Source: Eledone cirrhosa
Taxonomy: Eukaryota
Reading direction: 5' to 3'
DNA: 64,000 bases
NCBI GenBank assembly: GCA_964016885.1
Contig: OZ024742.1
Span: forward strand, 126,232,001-126,296,000
Shown here: in pieces, positions 13,105 to 24,970 of the stretch
Position numbering within the stretch: position 1 is the stretch's first letter
How the letters are laid out: each line of letters starts with the position of its first letter
Notes under the pieces: model-generated
Databases searched by the model: none
Seen by the model: the letters and a program-made list of their open reading frames with translations, nothing else
Told to the model about the DNA's origin: nothing
Position numbers and translations under genes: made by a program

Positions 13105-13720
13105 ATATACATGTGAATGGTGTTCCACTGAAGCAGATAGAGAAGATCATGTATCTCGGTGCTGTATTCACGAATGATGGAATGCAGGAGGCTGAATTAA
13201 GTGTAAGAATTGCAAAAGCTGTTGCGGTAATGTGCCAGCTTCAGCATTCAGTAATCGGAATGGAGGTAGGTGTATAACCAAACTCGCTATCTTCAATTCG
13301 GTATTCTTGCCAACACTTACCTATGGTCATGAATCTTGGGAAATGACCGAAAGAATACAATGGCAAAAACAAGCGACCGAAATGGGATTCCCCTGAAGGG
13401 TCTTTGGAGTAACTTTACTCGATAAAGAGATCAGAGAGTCACTCCAGGTAGAGTCAATACTTCTCCGGATTGAGAGATCACAGCTCCGATACTATGTCCA
13501 GCGATTCTTTCCTGAGAATGAATCGCTGGACACATTTACAGGTAAAACTAACCGGCAAGAGACCCAGAGGTAGACCCTAAGCAAGATAGTTGGATAACAT
13601 CCATGAGCTTGGCTGGTCACGCTTTGGGATCCAGCTGGATCAGTTAGAGATGTTTGCTTCTGAAAAACTCGCTGGAAGGAGTGTTTGAGAAGGACTCTGC
13701 CCCCACGACCCTCTCAGAAA
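13105..13720 (+). mobile_element. Decayed RTE (Expander/Rex3-like) LINE 3' fragment
   Basis: LKQIEKIMYLGAVFTNDG..., FNSVFLPTLTYGHESWEMT...QATEMGF with stops and frameshifts; related pieces at ~16620-16770 (+) and ~20530-20610 (-). Confidence 0.8.
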
Positions 13721-14158
13721 TAAATAGAAGATATTGTCAATTCACTTTTCAATTTACATATATCTATATGCATCTATATTTGCGTATAATACCAATACGC
13801 ACACTACATATGCTAGCAAAAAACCGCCCGAAGGGTGCTTCTTCTGCTAGTCAGTCTAATGACTTCTTTTATAGCATAAATGTGTTTTTGTCTCCGCAAG
13901 AAATTGTTCTTCTCGCTCTACATGAGGATGTAATTATCCTCACTTTTTTTCCGTCCGTTGCCAGGGAACGTCTTCACAAACCAAAGATCGTCTCCCTGTT
14001 TTCCTTCGGTTGTAACGTTTTTCAAAATATTTACTTCTGCGTCCACAGATTGATTTTTTTCAGAAGATCCCGTTAAGGGTGGAAGCAGCGATTCTTTTCT
14101 TAAACTTTCATCTGTTCCTATAATAAATTTGCCCTACGGCTTTATATATATATATTTT

Positions 14159-14195
<37 letters not shown>

Positions 14196-14296
14196 ACCCT
14201 TATCGAACCCTCTTCGGATTTTAGTCTTCATATTTATTATTACTCTATATAAAACAAGTTTCGCGTTTATGTGGCTGTCTGACCTATATACACTGG

Positions 14297-14371
<75 letters not shown>

Positions 14372-14559
14372 ACACACACATATACACACTTAGATACCCT
14401 TCCTATTTAGCAAGAAATATTCGCTACACACAACCTATTCTAACACAAGTTATATGATACATACGACTTAATATTTAGTCACCAAATTCGAGCTAGATAC
14501 AGTAATACTGTATTCTTTGAAGTCATATGTTGTAATTTCTTTCAACAACAGCACCAGCT

Positions 14560-14613
<54 letters not shown>

Positions 14614-14759
14614 TTATGAAGGAAAAAAACCCATATCTCGGGACCCGTGCTCCGATTTACGCGGAACTTGTTTTATTCGATTTGTATTCTCATTTCAGGG
14701 GCAACTTCTTTTCAATGTATTTTACCATTGTGCGCCTTAGTGTTTAAATAACATGATAA

Positions 14760-15260
14760 AATAATTGTTTCTAGTTAAGGCACAAGGCCAACAATTTTGG
14801 CAGAGGAGAAAGTCGATTACATCGGCACCAGTTTGTGACTTCTACTTTATTTTATCAACCTCGGAAGAATGAAAAGCAAAGTTGACCACGGAGCGATTTG
14901 AACTCAGAACATGAAGAACTGGAATAGATACTACTAGGCATTTGTTCGATGCTCTAACGACTCTGTCAATCCACCACCCTTATATCTAAAGTCTGTCTCC
15001 AGCCCGATGACTCAGCAGGCCGGTGTTTATCTCGGTTTCCATGGCGTTAAGCGGCTAAAAACGTACAAGATTTCCCCCTGGATAGGACACTAGTCTATCG
15101 CAGGGTTAAACCCTCAGACACTGCTGGTATCCATTTTCAGCTGAGTATACTGGAGCAACGTGAAATGAAGTGTTTTACACAAGAACACAACACACCACCC
15201 AGTCCAGGAATCAAACCTATAACATTAAGATTGTAAGTTACCTCTAGGCCGTGCACCATC
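14760..15260 (-). mobile_element. Two adjacent tRNA-derived SINEs (Meta-like and CORE/V-like central domains)
   Basis: Minus-strand B-box-like GTTCAAATC/GTTTGATTCC; same sequences as other SINE copies in the window. Confidence 0.7.
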
Positions 15261-15830
15261 CTTATATACTCTATAATTATTAATTTTCACCATTTCAGGT
15301 ACATAAGTATCTCATGACGAATTTGTTCAGGAATAAACAAACATACAGTGATGAATGACAACAAACACTTATTTTTCTGACCTTGTGCCTATATGGCAAA
15401 CTATTATTCACGATTTAATAATCATTTCCAAGTCACTGACCTAGCAGAGATGACGCAAATCTAATGACACATGAAAGTTTGAGGAAAACGATTAATCAAA
15501 TAATCAAAAGTAACTTTGATTTATACAAAATAAAATGACATATGGAAATGTTGTTATGGAAAGTTTATTGAGTGTTTGTTTATGTTTGTGTGTGACTGTG
15601 TGGGCAAGGTCTGTTTATGTATATATGTGTCTGCATATCTGTCTATTATATATGTGTTTGTGTGTGTGAGCGTGTCTGTCTGTTTATGTATTTATGTGTC
15701 TCTGCTTAGGTGTCTATAATATGTGTTTGCCTGTGCTTGTTTGAGTATATTTGTGTCTGGGGATCTTATGCGCATAAGGTGAAACAATTGTTCTCGGTGT
15801 GGTGAACTAACTGTTGTGTTACTACTTATA

Positions 15831-15864
<34 letters not shown>

Positions 15865-16769
15865 ATATGTATGTGTCCTCATTTATTATATTGTATCGTC
15901 CTAACATTTAATATCCTATAAAGGTATTTTGTAAAAAAAATTGTTTGTGTCAAGTAGTCTTTGTCTACAAAGTTACTTTGTGTAATAAAAATATCGTTGC
16001 TTCTCAGTCAGGATTTCCTGCCCCTCCTTTACTATGTCATAAAGCTACAAATCACATTTTTATCCCATGAAACATAACACTTTTGTGAACATCAATATAA
16101 AAAATAATAATTGTTTCTACTTTTGGCACAAGGCCAGCAATTAATCCAGTGTATTACTGGTACTTTATTTTATCGACCCCGTGAGGATGAAAGGCAAAGT
16201 CAACCTCGGCGCGATTTGAACTCAGTCCGTAAAGGGACGTAACTGTGCTGAAAAGCATGGCGTCCGACCCTCTACCGATACTGCCAAAAATTATTTCAAC
16301 ATTTTTTACCCGATTTTTTTTAGAGACAGGCCTCAAATTTCATATAGCTTAGGGCCTCAGGCCTCAGCAGGTGAATGTCCGGCCCTGAAGTTACAAATCA
16401 TATTGTTTTTATCCCATGAAGCATAACATTTTAAGAAGGGACAATTTTTTTCAGAGAAAAATGAGAAGTGTGTTAGATATATACTTTTCATCAACGATTT
16501 AGACATTGGTAATAGCCAGTAGGAAGCCACCAGGTTACAAGAAGGAAAAAATCTTTTATAAAATGTATCTAGAGGAACCAAGCTTTGTAAGCCTCCTTCT
16601 TTGAACACTTGATTGAACTAAAGGGTCCTCCTGACATCCGGCGTCAGATAATATCCATGAGTTTGGCTGGTCTCGCTTGGGGATCCAGTCGGATCAGTTG
16701 GAAACAATTACTTCTGACAGGACCAGGTGGAAGGAGTGTTTGAGGACTTTGTCCCTACGACCCTCTCAA

Positions 16770-16945
16770 GAAAAAGAAGAAAAAGAAGATGAAAAGGAAA
16801 AAGAAAAAAAAAAGAAAAAGGAAAAAGAAAAAAACAAAAAGAACAAAAAGAAAAAAGAAAAGAAAGAAAAAGAAAAAAAGAAAAGGAAGAAAAAAAGTAA
16901 AAGAAGAAAAAAAGAAAAAGAAGAAGAAGAAAAAGAAGAAGAATC
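16770..16945. repeat. GA-rich (AAG/AAAG) low-complexity tract
   Basis: Directly visible. Confidence 0.9.
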
Positions 16946-17852
16946 TTGAGGAGGGGCATGGCTTGTGGTAAGTGCGTTGGACATATGCTCACAATTTCAT
17001 GGGTTCAGTTCCTGGACTGGGTTCTGTGTTGTGTTCTTGAGCAAAACACTTCATTTCACTTTGCTCCAGTATACTCAGCTGAAAATGAGTACCAGCAATA
17101 GCTGAGGGGTTTAACCCTGCATTGCCCCCACCCCCGGTGCTTTTTCGGTAAAAATGATTTGAGTTGCAAAATATTTTCTTTTGTGTTGAGAAAGATACTC
17201 AAAATTGATATATTATTTTTACAATTTCTGAAAATCAATAATGGCACTATTTGTGTGTATGGACGAGGTGTAAGTACTTGTCCTTGTCTGGGGTGCACAT
17301 TAGTCTGGTGCTGGCCCTGCCCATACTTGTTGATTTGGGTAGAGGCACTGCGGGCCAAAAATGAGATGAGTGGGGCGTGATTTTCACCAGTTATAAAGCT
17401 AATCTGTAATACAGCTCATAGGCTGTTATTTATTTATTTATTTATTTTCATGAAATAGTATAAAATGTAGGGAAATGAATTTTCCGTTTCAAATTTTCCT
17501 TAATTCCATTTTTACCTTTGGTAAATTCTTGTTACTTTTGATAAATTTATTTTTTTCTATTTTATTGTATTTCATGTGTAAATTACAATAAATTTTACTA
17601 TAGATATTAAAACAGGGAAAAGAAAAGCAGAATTCAAAAAGTTGTCATACTTAAAGAAATAGCAGATATCTTCAACAAAATTGTGTGAAACATTTTTCTT
17701 TTTCTTCTTCTTCGTCACCTTTTTAAAACGACTTTAGAATGCTAGTATCAGTGTATATATTATTAAAAAGAACAATAATGGCTGGTTCATGTTTGTATAA
17801 TAGTTTTACTTCACAGAAGTCAAATATAATAATAGAAATATTTTTTACCACA

Positions 17853-19640
17853 TGTCGTGATGGTGAGTTGGTAGAGAAGAGAGAGAGAAGACAGGAGTCA
17901 TCTCTTCATGAGACAGGATTCATCTCCAGGCAGAGAAAGCAGGAATCGTCTCTTGGTAAGGTTGAAGTGGTCTTTTCAACTGTGGCGTAGGAAGTGAGAG
18001 AGAATTGCCTCATGTTCTCAAATATATAGTCCCCATGGGAACGTAACTGTATTTGGTACATGGATGTGACACTAGGGGTCACGACCGTCGCAAAGGGACG
18101 CAACTCTTATCCGTTCTGAGTTCCTCGCAAAGGGACGCAACTCTTATCCGTTCTGAGTTCCAGCCGTAAGGGGGTCGCTACAGTACCCTCCTCCAGACGA
18201 TAGGCGAAAAGCTCGAAGGTAATTGTAGCGAACCCACAAGCATGGGCTCCCAGCACAGGCATGAAATATTAACGAAAAGGTACATGTATACATAGTTCAA
18301 TGCAATAAAGAGAAAAACAAAACAAAAAAAAGGCTCCAGTGGCCAGTTCACTTAAAAACAGTTTGACAGAGTTTTTTGGGCCAGTGGACTCTTCGACCGG
18401 AACGGGTCGTGGTCTTGTATGTAGGTGAAGGAGAGAAAGATTGGAGTATTTGTGGCTCGGGTGTATGAGCGTCATTGTATGCCCTTTTTAGTCTATCCAC
18501 CGAAATTGTCTCTCTGGACCCCTTAATGTCTACTGTGAAATGTTTGTCAGTACGTGCTAACACACGGTAGGGTCCAGAGTATGGCTGTGTGAGGGGTGGA
18601 GTAACGGCGTCGTTTCTGACGAATACATGTGTCCACGAGACTCAAATTGTCTACCACGGTCTGTGGTGACTGTTGTTGGCACGCCAAAGCGGGTAATCCA
18701 CCCCGATACCAGGGCACGCGCTATAGTCTCAGCGGTAATGTCTTTTAAGGGGGTGGCTTCAGGCCATCGCGAAAAACGATCGATGCAGGTCAAGAGGTAA
18801 GAATATCCACTACTGAATGGCCAAGGTCCAACAATATCGATGTGGATGTGTTGAAACCGAGCATCTGAAGTACTGAAAGTACCAAGTGGAGTCCGGATGT
18901 GTCTGTGGACTTTTTGACACCGTGTGCAGGAATGGCGTCAGACAGTAATTTCTCGCCTCATATTGGGCCAGAAAAATCTAGCCGTTATGAGCTTTACTGT
19001 GGATGACATTCCTGGGTGTCAAAGCAAGGAACACAATTCGACGGTGAGTCTCAGGAACATAAGGTCGTGGTGAATCCGTAGATACATCACATAGAATCTG
19101 CCTGTCGGTGGTCGACAAGGGCAGATATTTGAAGATGCAAGTCGCAAACTCGGCAGAAAGAGTATCCAACGATTGGAGTGCAGGTTGGTCTGCAGCTAAA
19201 CGACTTAAGTCGATCTTCTGGGATGACGAGATGGAGCTGATTGGCAAACGTGACAATGCGTCTGCAGCTATGTTAAGCGAGCCAGCAATATCATTTGTAA
19301 ATTGCGAAACATAATCCAGGTGCCTTGTCTCTCTGAGTGGATATCTGTCGGCTTTAGCCCTCAAAGCGAAGGTCAGAGGTTTGTGGTCAGTTAAAACAGT
19401 AAAATTTCTCCCCTCAAGAACATGAGAGAAATGTTTCACCGACAGATATATGGCTAATAATTCCCGCCCAAACGTGCTGTAACGCGTTTCTGCTGGTTTC
19501 AGCTTCCTTGAGAAACATGCCAAAGGTTGTTGGTTTCCAGCGCCACAAAGGGACGCTTAGTTCATGGATGTGACACTTGGTGTCACGACCGTCGCAAAGG
19601 GACGCAACTCTTATCCGTTCTGAGTTCCTCGCAAACATTC
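17853..19640 (-). mobile_element. Decayed Ty3/Gypsy LTR retrotransposon: RNase H, integrase, PPT and 3' LTR
   Basis: RNase H FSRKLKPAETRYSTFGRELLAI...TDHKPL...ADALSR; integrase [13 protein letters not shown]...[15 protein letters not shown]; GPY..V...ISVDRLK; minus-strand PPT GGAGGAGGGTAC (18183-18194) abuts TGTAGCGACCCC (LTR edge 18182); left LTR boundary approximate. Confidence 0.88.
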
Positions 19641-20611
19641 TAACCACATGTCTGAAATATCAGAGCTGTGATCTTTCAATTCGGAGAAGTATCGGTTCTA
19701 TATGAAGCGATTTCCTGATTTCCAAGCTACGTAGTATATCGAGTAACGTTACTCCAAAGAACCTTCGGAGTGTAGCGGATAACATGGAATTATTTTGATG
19801 GGAGTTTGTTGAAAAGAATAATGCCATGATTGAGTTATTAAAAACGTTTATTTTATAACAACAATATTCACTTTGAACATCGAATAATAATATTTATGAC
19901 AGACATGAATTATTCCTACATTGATTACTGGCTAACTGCTACGAGCTAGCGTAAATGCATGTATCACAGAAAACGATATAGTAAAAGTTGTGTTGTATCT
20001 TACGGATACAATATGACAGGAAGAATAGAATGAGCGTAGAATGTAAACAATATGAACTTACTATGTGTGTGTGTGTGTATTCTTAATATACGTTATTGTC
20101 GTAGTAGTAGTGGTCAATATGTCAGGCAGGCATGGCTGGCTGTCTGGCTGTGTCTGTGGCCGATATGGTGAGAGCCAGTAAGGGCCAGAAGAGAGAAAGG
20201 GTAAAAGGTCTGCTGATGCTGCTACATCGTTAACCTTAACACGGACTGATTGCTTCGGTCTCCCTGGTCCTTAGATTCCTTAACTCCTTGTATTTATAAT
20301 AGTGCTATAGTTAGAAGCATGTGTATATGAGATTGATTTATGATCAGCCATGTGGATATCGTCTCCCAGGAAGCTGAGATCAGAGGTCAAGTGGTATGTA
20401 CGTTTATCATCGTTGTCTTTGACAAGACAATGGTGGGAACCTCCAACGATAGATGGTCCCAGAGGCTAGAAACCTCAGATTCGGTTTCGAATCTTCGTCG
20501 GTAAAACATAGGAGTATTCCGTTATAGGAGGAACCCCATTTCGGCTGCTTGTATTCACGATCGTATTCTTGCGGTCATTGGCCAAGATTCATGACCATAA
20601 GTAATGGTTGT

Positions 20612-20860
20612 CACGAATACCACCACCACTATCACTACGATGACAATGACGACCACCATCACCAACAACATCAACACAACGATGACTACGACCACCATCA
20701 ACACCACCATTACCACCGCCACCAACAACAAAACAACTATTATGACCGCCACCTCGATCATCACTACCATTATCAGCAATAACATCACCATCACAAACTC
20801 TACCAGTATCACCACCAACACAATGACGATGACCACCACCACCACCACCATTAACACCAC
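20612..20860. repeat. Degenerate (ACC/ACA/ATC)n triplet repeat
   Basis: Directly visible; gives poly-Thr/His/Val ORFs. Confidence 0.9.
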
Positions 20861-21440
20861 TAGATTTTACCAAACATCTAACTTCATAGTAAAACCAACA
20901 TATTCGATTTCATATCAAATATTTCTTTTGTGTTCTGCCCAGAACCAATAGCAATGGTCATGTTAAGAGATTTAAAAGGATATGATCTACTATATTGTAG
21001 TTATTATAGTTTCATTTTCATTGGTTGTTTCACAAACATCCTGATCTATTCTTTGTCCGCTATCCACAAACTTTCTTTCAAAAAGTTATAACATCTGATC
21101 AACATATTGTCATAAACTAGATTTTTTTCTTTATCATATTGCGTATTCTTTATCATATTGCGTATTAATCAAGATTCAGAAAGTTGTTACGCAACCAAGC
21201 GATTACAGGTTCAATAAAATGCTTGATTTAAGCCAGCATTTGAACCAGGTTCGACTAATTCTGGGCGTTGGTCATTTATGCTATATATATCTATTACAGC
21301 TGTATAAATTTACAGTCGCATAACGTTGCAAATACGTTTTAAATATATACATAAATAACATAATACGTAAATACCGCCAAAAATTGTTCGCAATTCGTTC
21401 AGAAGGATAAATATGTCAAAACCGTATATAATATAAAAAT

Positions 21441-21770
21441 CGAACGTCTCAAACGCCACAGGCTGATCATTTTAATTCATGAACAAAAATGATAAAGGAA
21501 AGAAGGAAAAAAAGAGGGGGGAGGGGGTAATTCACCACCAAGTGTGACAATCTGCAACACTTCACACCTTGGGGGTTAACTGTACACTTTCAGGAAAGCC
21601 AACACACTCGCGGCATTACCACGGGTGATGGCGAGGCTCAGGCGCTGAAATAACCGGGCACCCTCACGAGCATCACCTGACACCTCATTAAGGCGAGCCG
21701 CCAGGCCCACAAAAACTTCGCTGTCAGCAGCCCAACTCCAACGAACGTCTCAAACGCCACAGGCTGATCA
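21441..21770 (-). mobile_element. 3' end of a CRE-like RLE non-LTR retrotransposon
   Basis: Minus strand QPVAFETF/...LAARLNEVSGDAREGARLFQRLSLAITRGNAASVL matches the P.A.ET.G...QR.S.A..RGNA C-terminus of CRE-type RLE domains. Confidence 0.7.
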
Positions 21771-21783
21771 ATATACTATATTA

Positions 21784-21965
21784 TTGGCAGTATCAGTAAA
21801 GGGTCAGACGCCCTGCTTTGAAGCATAGAGTTACGGCCCTTGCCAATCTGAGTTCAAATCCCGCCGAGGTGAACTTTGTCTTTCATCCTTACGGGGTCGA
21901 TAAAATAAAGTACCAGTAATGCACTGGTTAATTGCTGGCCTTGTGCCTAAAGTAGAAACAATTAT
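21784..21965 (+). mobile_element. tRNA-derived SINE with Meta-like central domain (representative copy)
   Basis: TGGCAGTATCAGTAAAGG A-box-like; GAGTTCAAATCCC B-box; CTTTCATCCTTACGGGGTCGATAAAATAAAGTACCAG; ATT tail; further copies at ~16105, 24781, 32440, 40620, 43090-43640, 45890, 60887, 61430. Confidence 0.8.
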
Positions 21966-22029
21966 TATATTAACACTACTGCCATTAATACTACCAACTC
22001 CCACTCCTAACTAACTAGGGTATCATCGG

Positions 22030-22545
22030 TCATTGTTGCTACTGAAAATAATTCCAAGGTCAATCCTGACTGACCTGTTTCCTGAACAAGTTGACAATAC
22101 ACCTGATTGTTCACCTACTGTTGAACATTTCCTTGGCGATTTTCCTCATGTTTTTGCTGGTGTTCTTGATAACCTTGGCAGTGTCGGCTACAAACTCGGG
22201 CATCCTGGTGATGCCAGAGCAATTCTTATGAGACTTGCGTTCTGCCCTGAAATTGTCCTTGACGTCTGAGGTCCCATATGTCTTTGAAAGGTCGTAGACC
22301 ATCGTTTTAGGGTATTTAAAGTATTCAATGATTTCCTTGGCTTTTTGACCAACATGAAGGCTCTCCACAGCAGCAGCTCGATGATTGTATTCTGAAGAGA
22401 TGTTGATTACTAAGCACCTTGTGCATCAATGGCCAGACAGCTACAGAGCTATAGTAATTTCTAATGGTGCTCTCAAAACCTCACTACACTCTAATGTCAT
22501 GGCACTGTTGCCACGTAAAAATTCCGGGTTTATCTGCACCATACT
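22030..22545 (-). mobile_element. Tc1/mariner-type transposase N-terminal fragment
   Basis: RAAAVESLHVGQKAKEIIEYFKYPKTMVYDL...SKNMRKIAKEM bipartite HTH pattern. Confidence 0.6.
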
Positions 22546-22549
22546 GTAT

Positions 22550-22925
22550 GTGTGTGGCCCTAAGCTATAACTTATTTACTTCATAGGCAAGTCCGACACT
22601 GGCAACACTGGCCTCCTAGGGTGTGTGACTCTACGCTATAGTATATTTAGCTTATATAGAAGTCCAGCACTCGCTACACAGAGGCCCTTGAGTGTGTGTC
22701 ACTCTAAGCTATAGCTTATTTAGTTTATAGGTAGGTTCATCACTGCCCACACTAAAGCCCTCGAGAGTATGTGGCCCTCAGCTATAGCTTATTTAGCTTT
22801 GAGGCCCCACCAGGTGTTGGCCTTAAGTTATAGTTTATAAGTAAGTCCAACTGTGGCTACACTGAGGCCCACCAAAGGTATGTGGCTCTAAGCTATACCT
22901 AATTTAGCATGAAAGAATGTCCAAC
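22550..22925. repeat. Degenerate ~60-70 bp tandem repeat
   Basis: Recurring GTGTGGCCCTAAGCTATAGCTTATTTAG...AAGTCCAACACT...CACTGAGGCCC, about 6 copies. Confidence 0.75.
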
Positions 22926-23156
22926 ATTGCCTCCACTCCTTCTTTTTATTTATGTATTTCCCTTCTTTCCACCATGTTATCTTTTTACTTTATTACTGTT
23001 TGAGAATATATATCAATACAATTAAATATGAAACTCTGACTCAATATATTTCTTTCTTTATTGAGTCATGGCAAGAAAAGAATTACTATTTCACTTCCCA
23101 GTTCACCTCATCCCCACCCCTCCCAACAGGGCATTCTTCTATGAGAAGGCAGCTCA

Positions 23157-23410
23157 GGAAACTGGGATAACTCCGATATAAAACCTGCGGCTCAGTAGTT
23201 ACCGATGATATTGATCTTTTCTTCTTTTCGGGTTATAGCTACTGTCGCTCAGAGAGTGGGATTGGCTCAGTGCACAGTCTTTCCTCACTTTAAAAAATAT
23301 CTTCACGCACAGGCATTGCATGATAGAATTAATTAATAATTATTAATAATGGGATATCGTGCAATGGCCATACTCGATAACAAGGGGGAAGCCATCATGT
23401 ATGTATATAT
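23157..23410. repeat. ~250-bp segment duplicated at 24601-25060 (second copy carries a SINE)
   Basis: GGAAACTGGGATAACTCCGATATAAAACCTGCGGCTCAG...CATCATGTATGTATATATGT present twice. Confidence 0.9.
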
Positions 23411-23639
23411 GTTCTTCTGGTTTTATAATTTCACAAATTTTTGCCAATAGAGAGTCGGTTTCTAACATAAACGCAAGACTCTCTCATTGGAATTTACACA
23501 GCATCAACTAGGTAGATGTGTATGCATGTCTGCATGTGTGTGTAGATATGGATGTTATTGTATGTGTGGATGTGGATGTTTTGAGTTATATGTGTGCATG
23601 TGTATATGCTTTGTATCTGTACATGTGTATTCGCAGTTA

Positions 23640-24165
23640 TTAGATGCAAAATTTTTGGAAGGTTTTACATATTTTTACTGATCCATTAATGGATTGTACT
23701 TGTAATTTCCTAACTAGTTGTGTTCTTTCTGTTTCTGTGAAGCCCAGCTTCTCAAGATTTGTATTGAGGCAGTTACTAACATATCCCAGTGCCCTAATCA
23801 CAGGCATAAATTTGAAGGTATAGTCAGGGTGGAGTATCTGCAGATTTCTTATCAGTTCTGCATAAATATTCTCCTTTTCGCTCATCTTTGATATTATATT
23901 GGCATCCGCTGGGCAGCTAACTTCCACTACCATGCATGCCTTCTTTTCCCTGTCCCATATCATTATATGCCTGCACTTTATTGGGGTTTTTACTGGAACA
24001 TTCCACCAGTACTCTTTCATATTATGTATGTCTTCCACATTGCTATAGCTTTTAATGTGTTTGTCATCGGAGCTATATTTTCTACGGATTGCATTATACA
24101 GTGTTTTGGCCACTACATTGTGCCTCATAGGTAGATAGTACCGCGATGACATCTTTGGATAGCTA
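23640..24165 (-). mobile_element. R4/Dong-like RLE non-LTR retrotransposon C-terminal fragment
   Basis: YYLPMRHNVVAK...YWWNVPVKT...IMIWDREKKACMVVEVSCPAD.NI..K..EKENIY.EL...ALG. Confidence 0.8.
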
Positions 24166-24780
24166 TATGTATGTATGTACCAGTTGCACTCAAGAGTAAC
24201 CCGACATATATATACATACATACATATATACATTTACACATATATATACATACATGTAACCCAGTACAACCTGTCGCATGGTCGGGTCGTCGGCGACTAA
24301 ACCGGCAACCCCACCAAGTTTGCTTGGTGAGGAGTGTGATTTTGGACACCCTGCAGGACAAAAAACAATACCTGACAAAGGATGGAAGAACTCATTAGAG
24401 TTAATGGCCATCCAAAAGTGTGTAAATATGTATATACACATGTACATATGTATGTATATGTGTATATACATGGGTGCATGTGTATGTATATGCGCGGGGA
24501 CATAGAAATAGTCGGGCTGGAGACCCGATCGCACGGTTAAACCAGTGGGAGTGAAGGACCCCTAGCCTTTGCCGGGGGCATTCTTCTAGAAGACAACTCG
24601 GGAAACTGGGATAACTCCGATATAAAACCTGCGGCTCAGTAGTTACCGATGATGTTGATCTTTTCTTCTTTTCGGGTTATAGCTACTTTCGCTCAGAGAG
24701 TGGGATTGGCTCAGTGCAGACTTTCCTCACTTTAAAAAAATATCTTCACACACAGGCATTTCACGATAGAATTAATTAAT

Positions 24781-24970
24781 TGTTTCTACTATTGGCACAA
24801 GGCCAGCAATTACCCAGTACATTACTGGTACTTTATTTTATAAACCCCGTAAGGATGAAAGGCAAAGTTAACCTCGGCGGGATTTGAACTCAGAATGGCA
24901 AAGGCCGTAACTCTATGCGTCAAATCATGGAGTTCGACCCTCTACCGATACTGCCAATTCACCGCCTTCA
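24781..24970 (-). mobile_element. Full-length SINE with 15-bp TSD
   Basis: ATAGAATTAATTAAT at 24766-24780 and 24971-24985; empty site in the paralogous copy near 23323. Confidence 0.9.

Noticed and set aside
16677-16992. K/E-rich and F/S-rich ORFs
   Set aside because: Purine-rich low-complexity tail following an RTE fragment
20549-20951. Mucin-like poly-Thr or His-rich ORF
   Set aside because: Triplet microsatellite with no supporting gene structure
21784-21870. tRNA gene (A and B boxes)
   Set aside because: No closed cloverleaf; continues into a SINE body repeated many times in the window
24259-24310. HDV-like ribozyme (GTCG-TCGG-CGAC-TAAA resembles the P4-J4/2 of RTE 5' ribozymes)
   Set aside because: Could not build P1, P2 or P1.1; L3 lacks the expected UCC.CG and the upstream part is microsatellite
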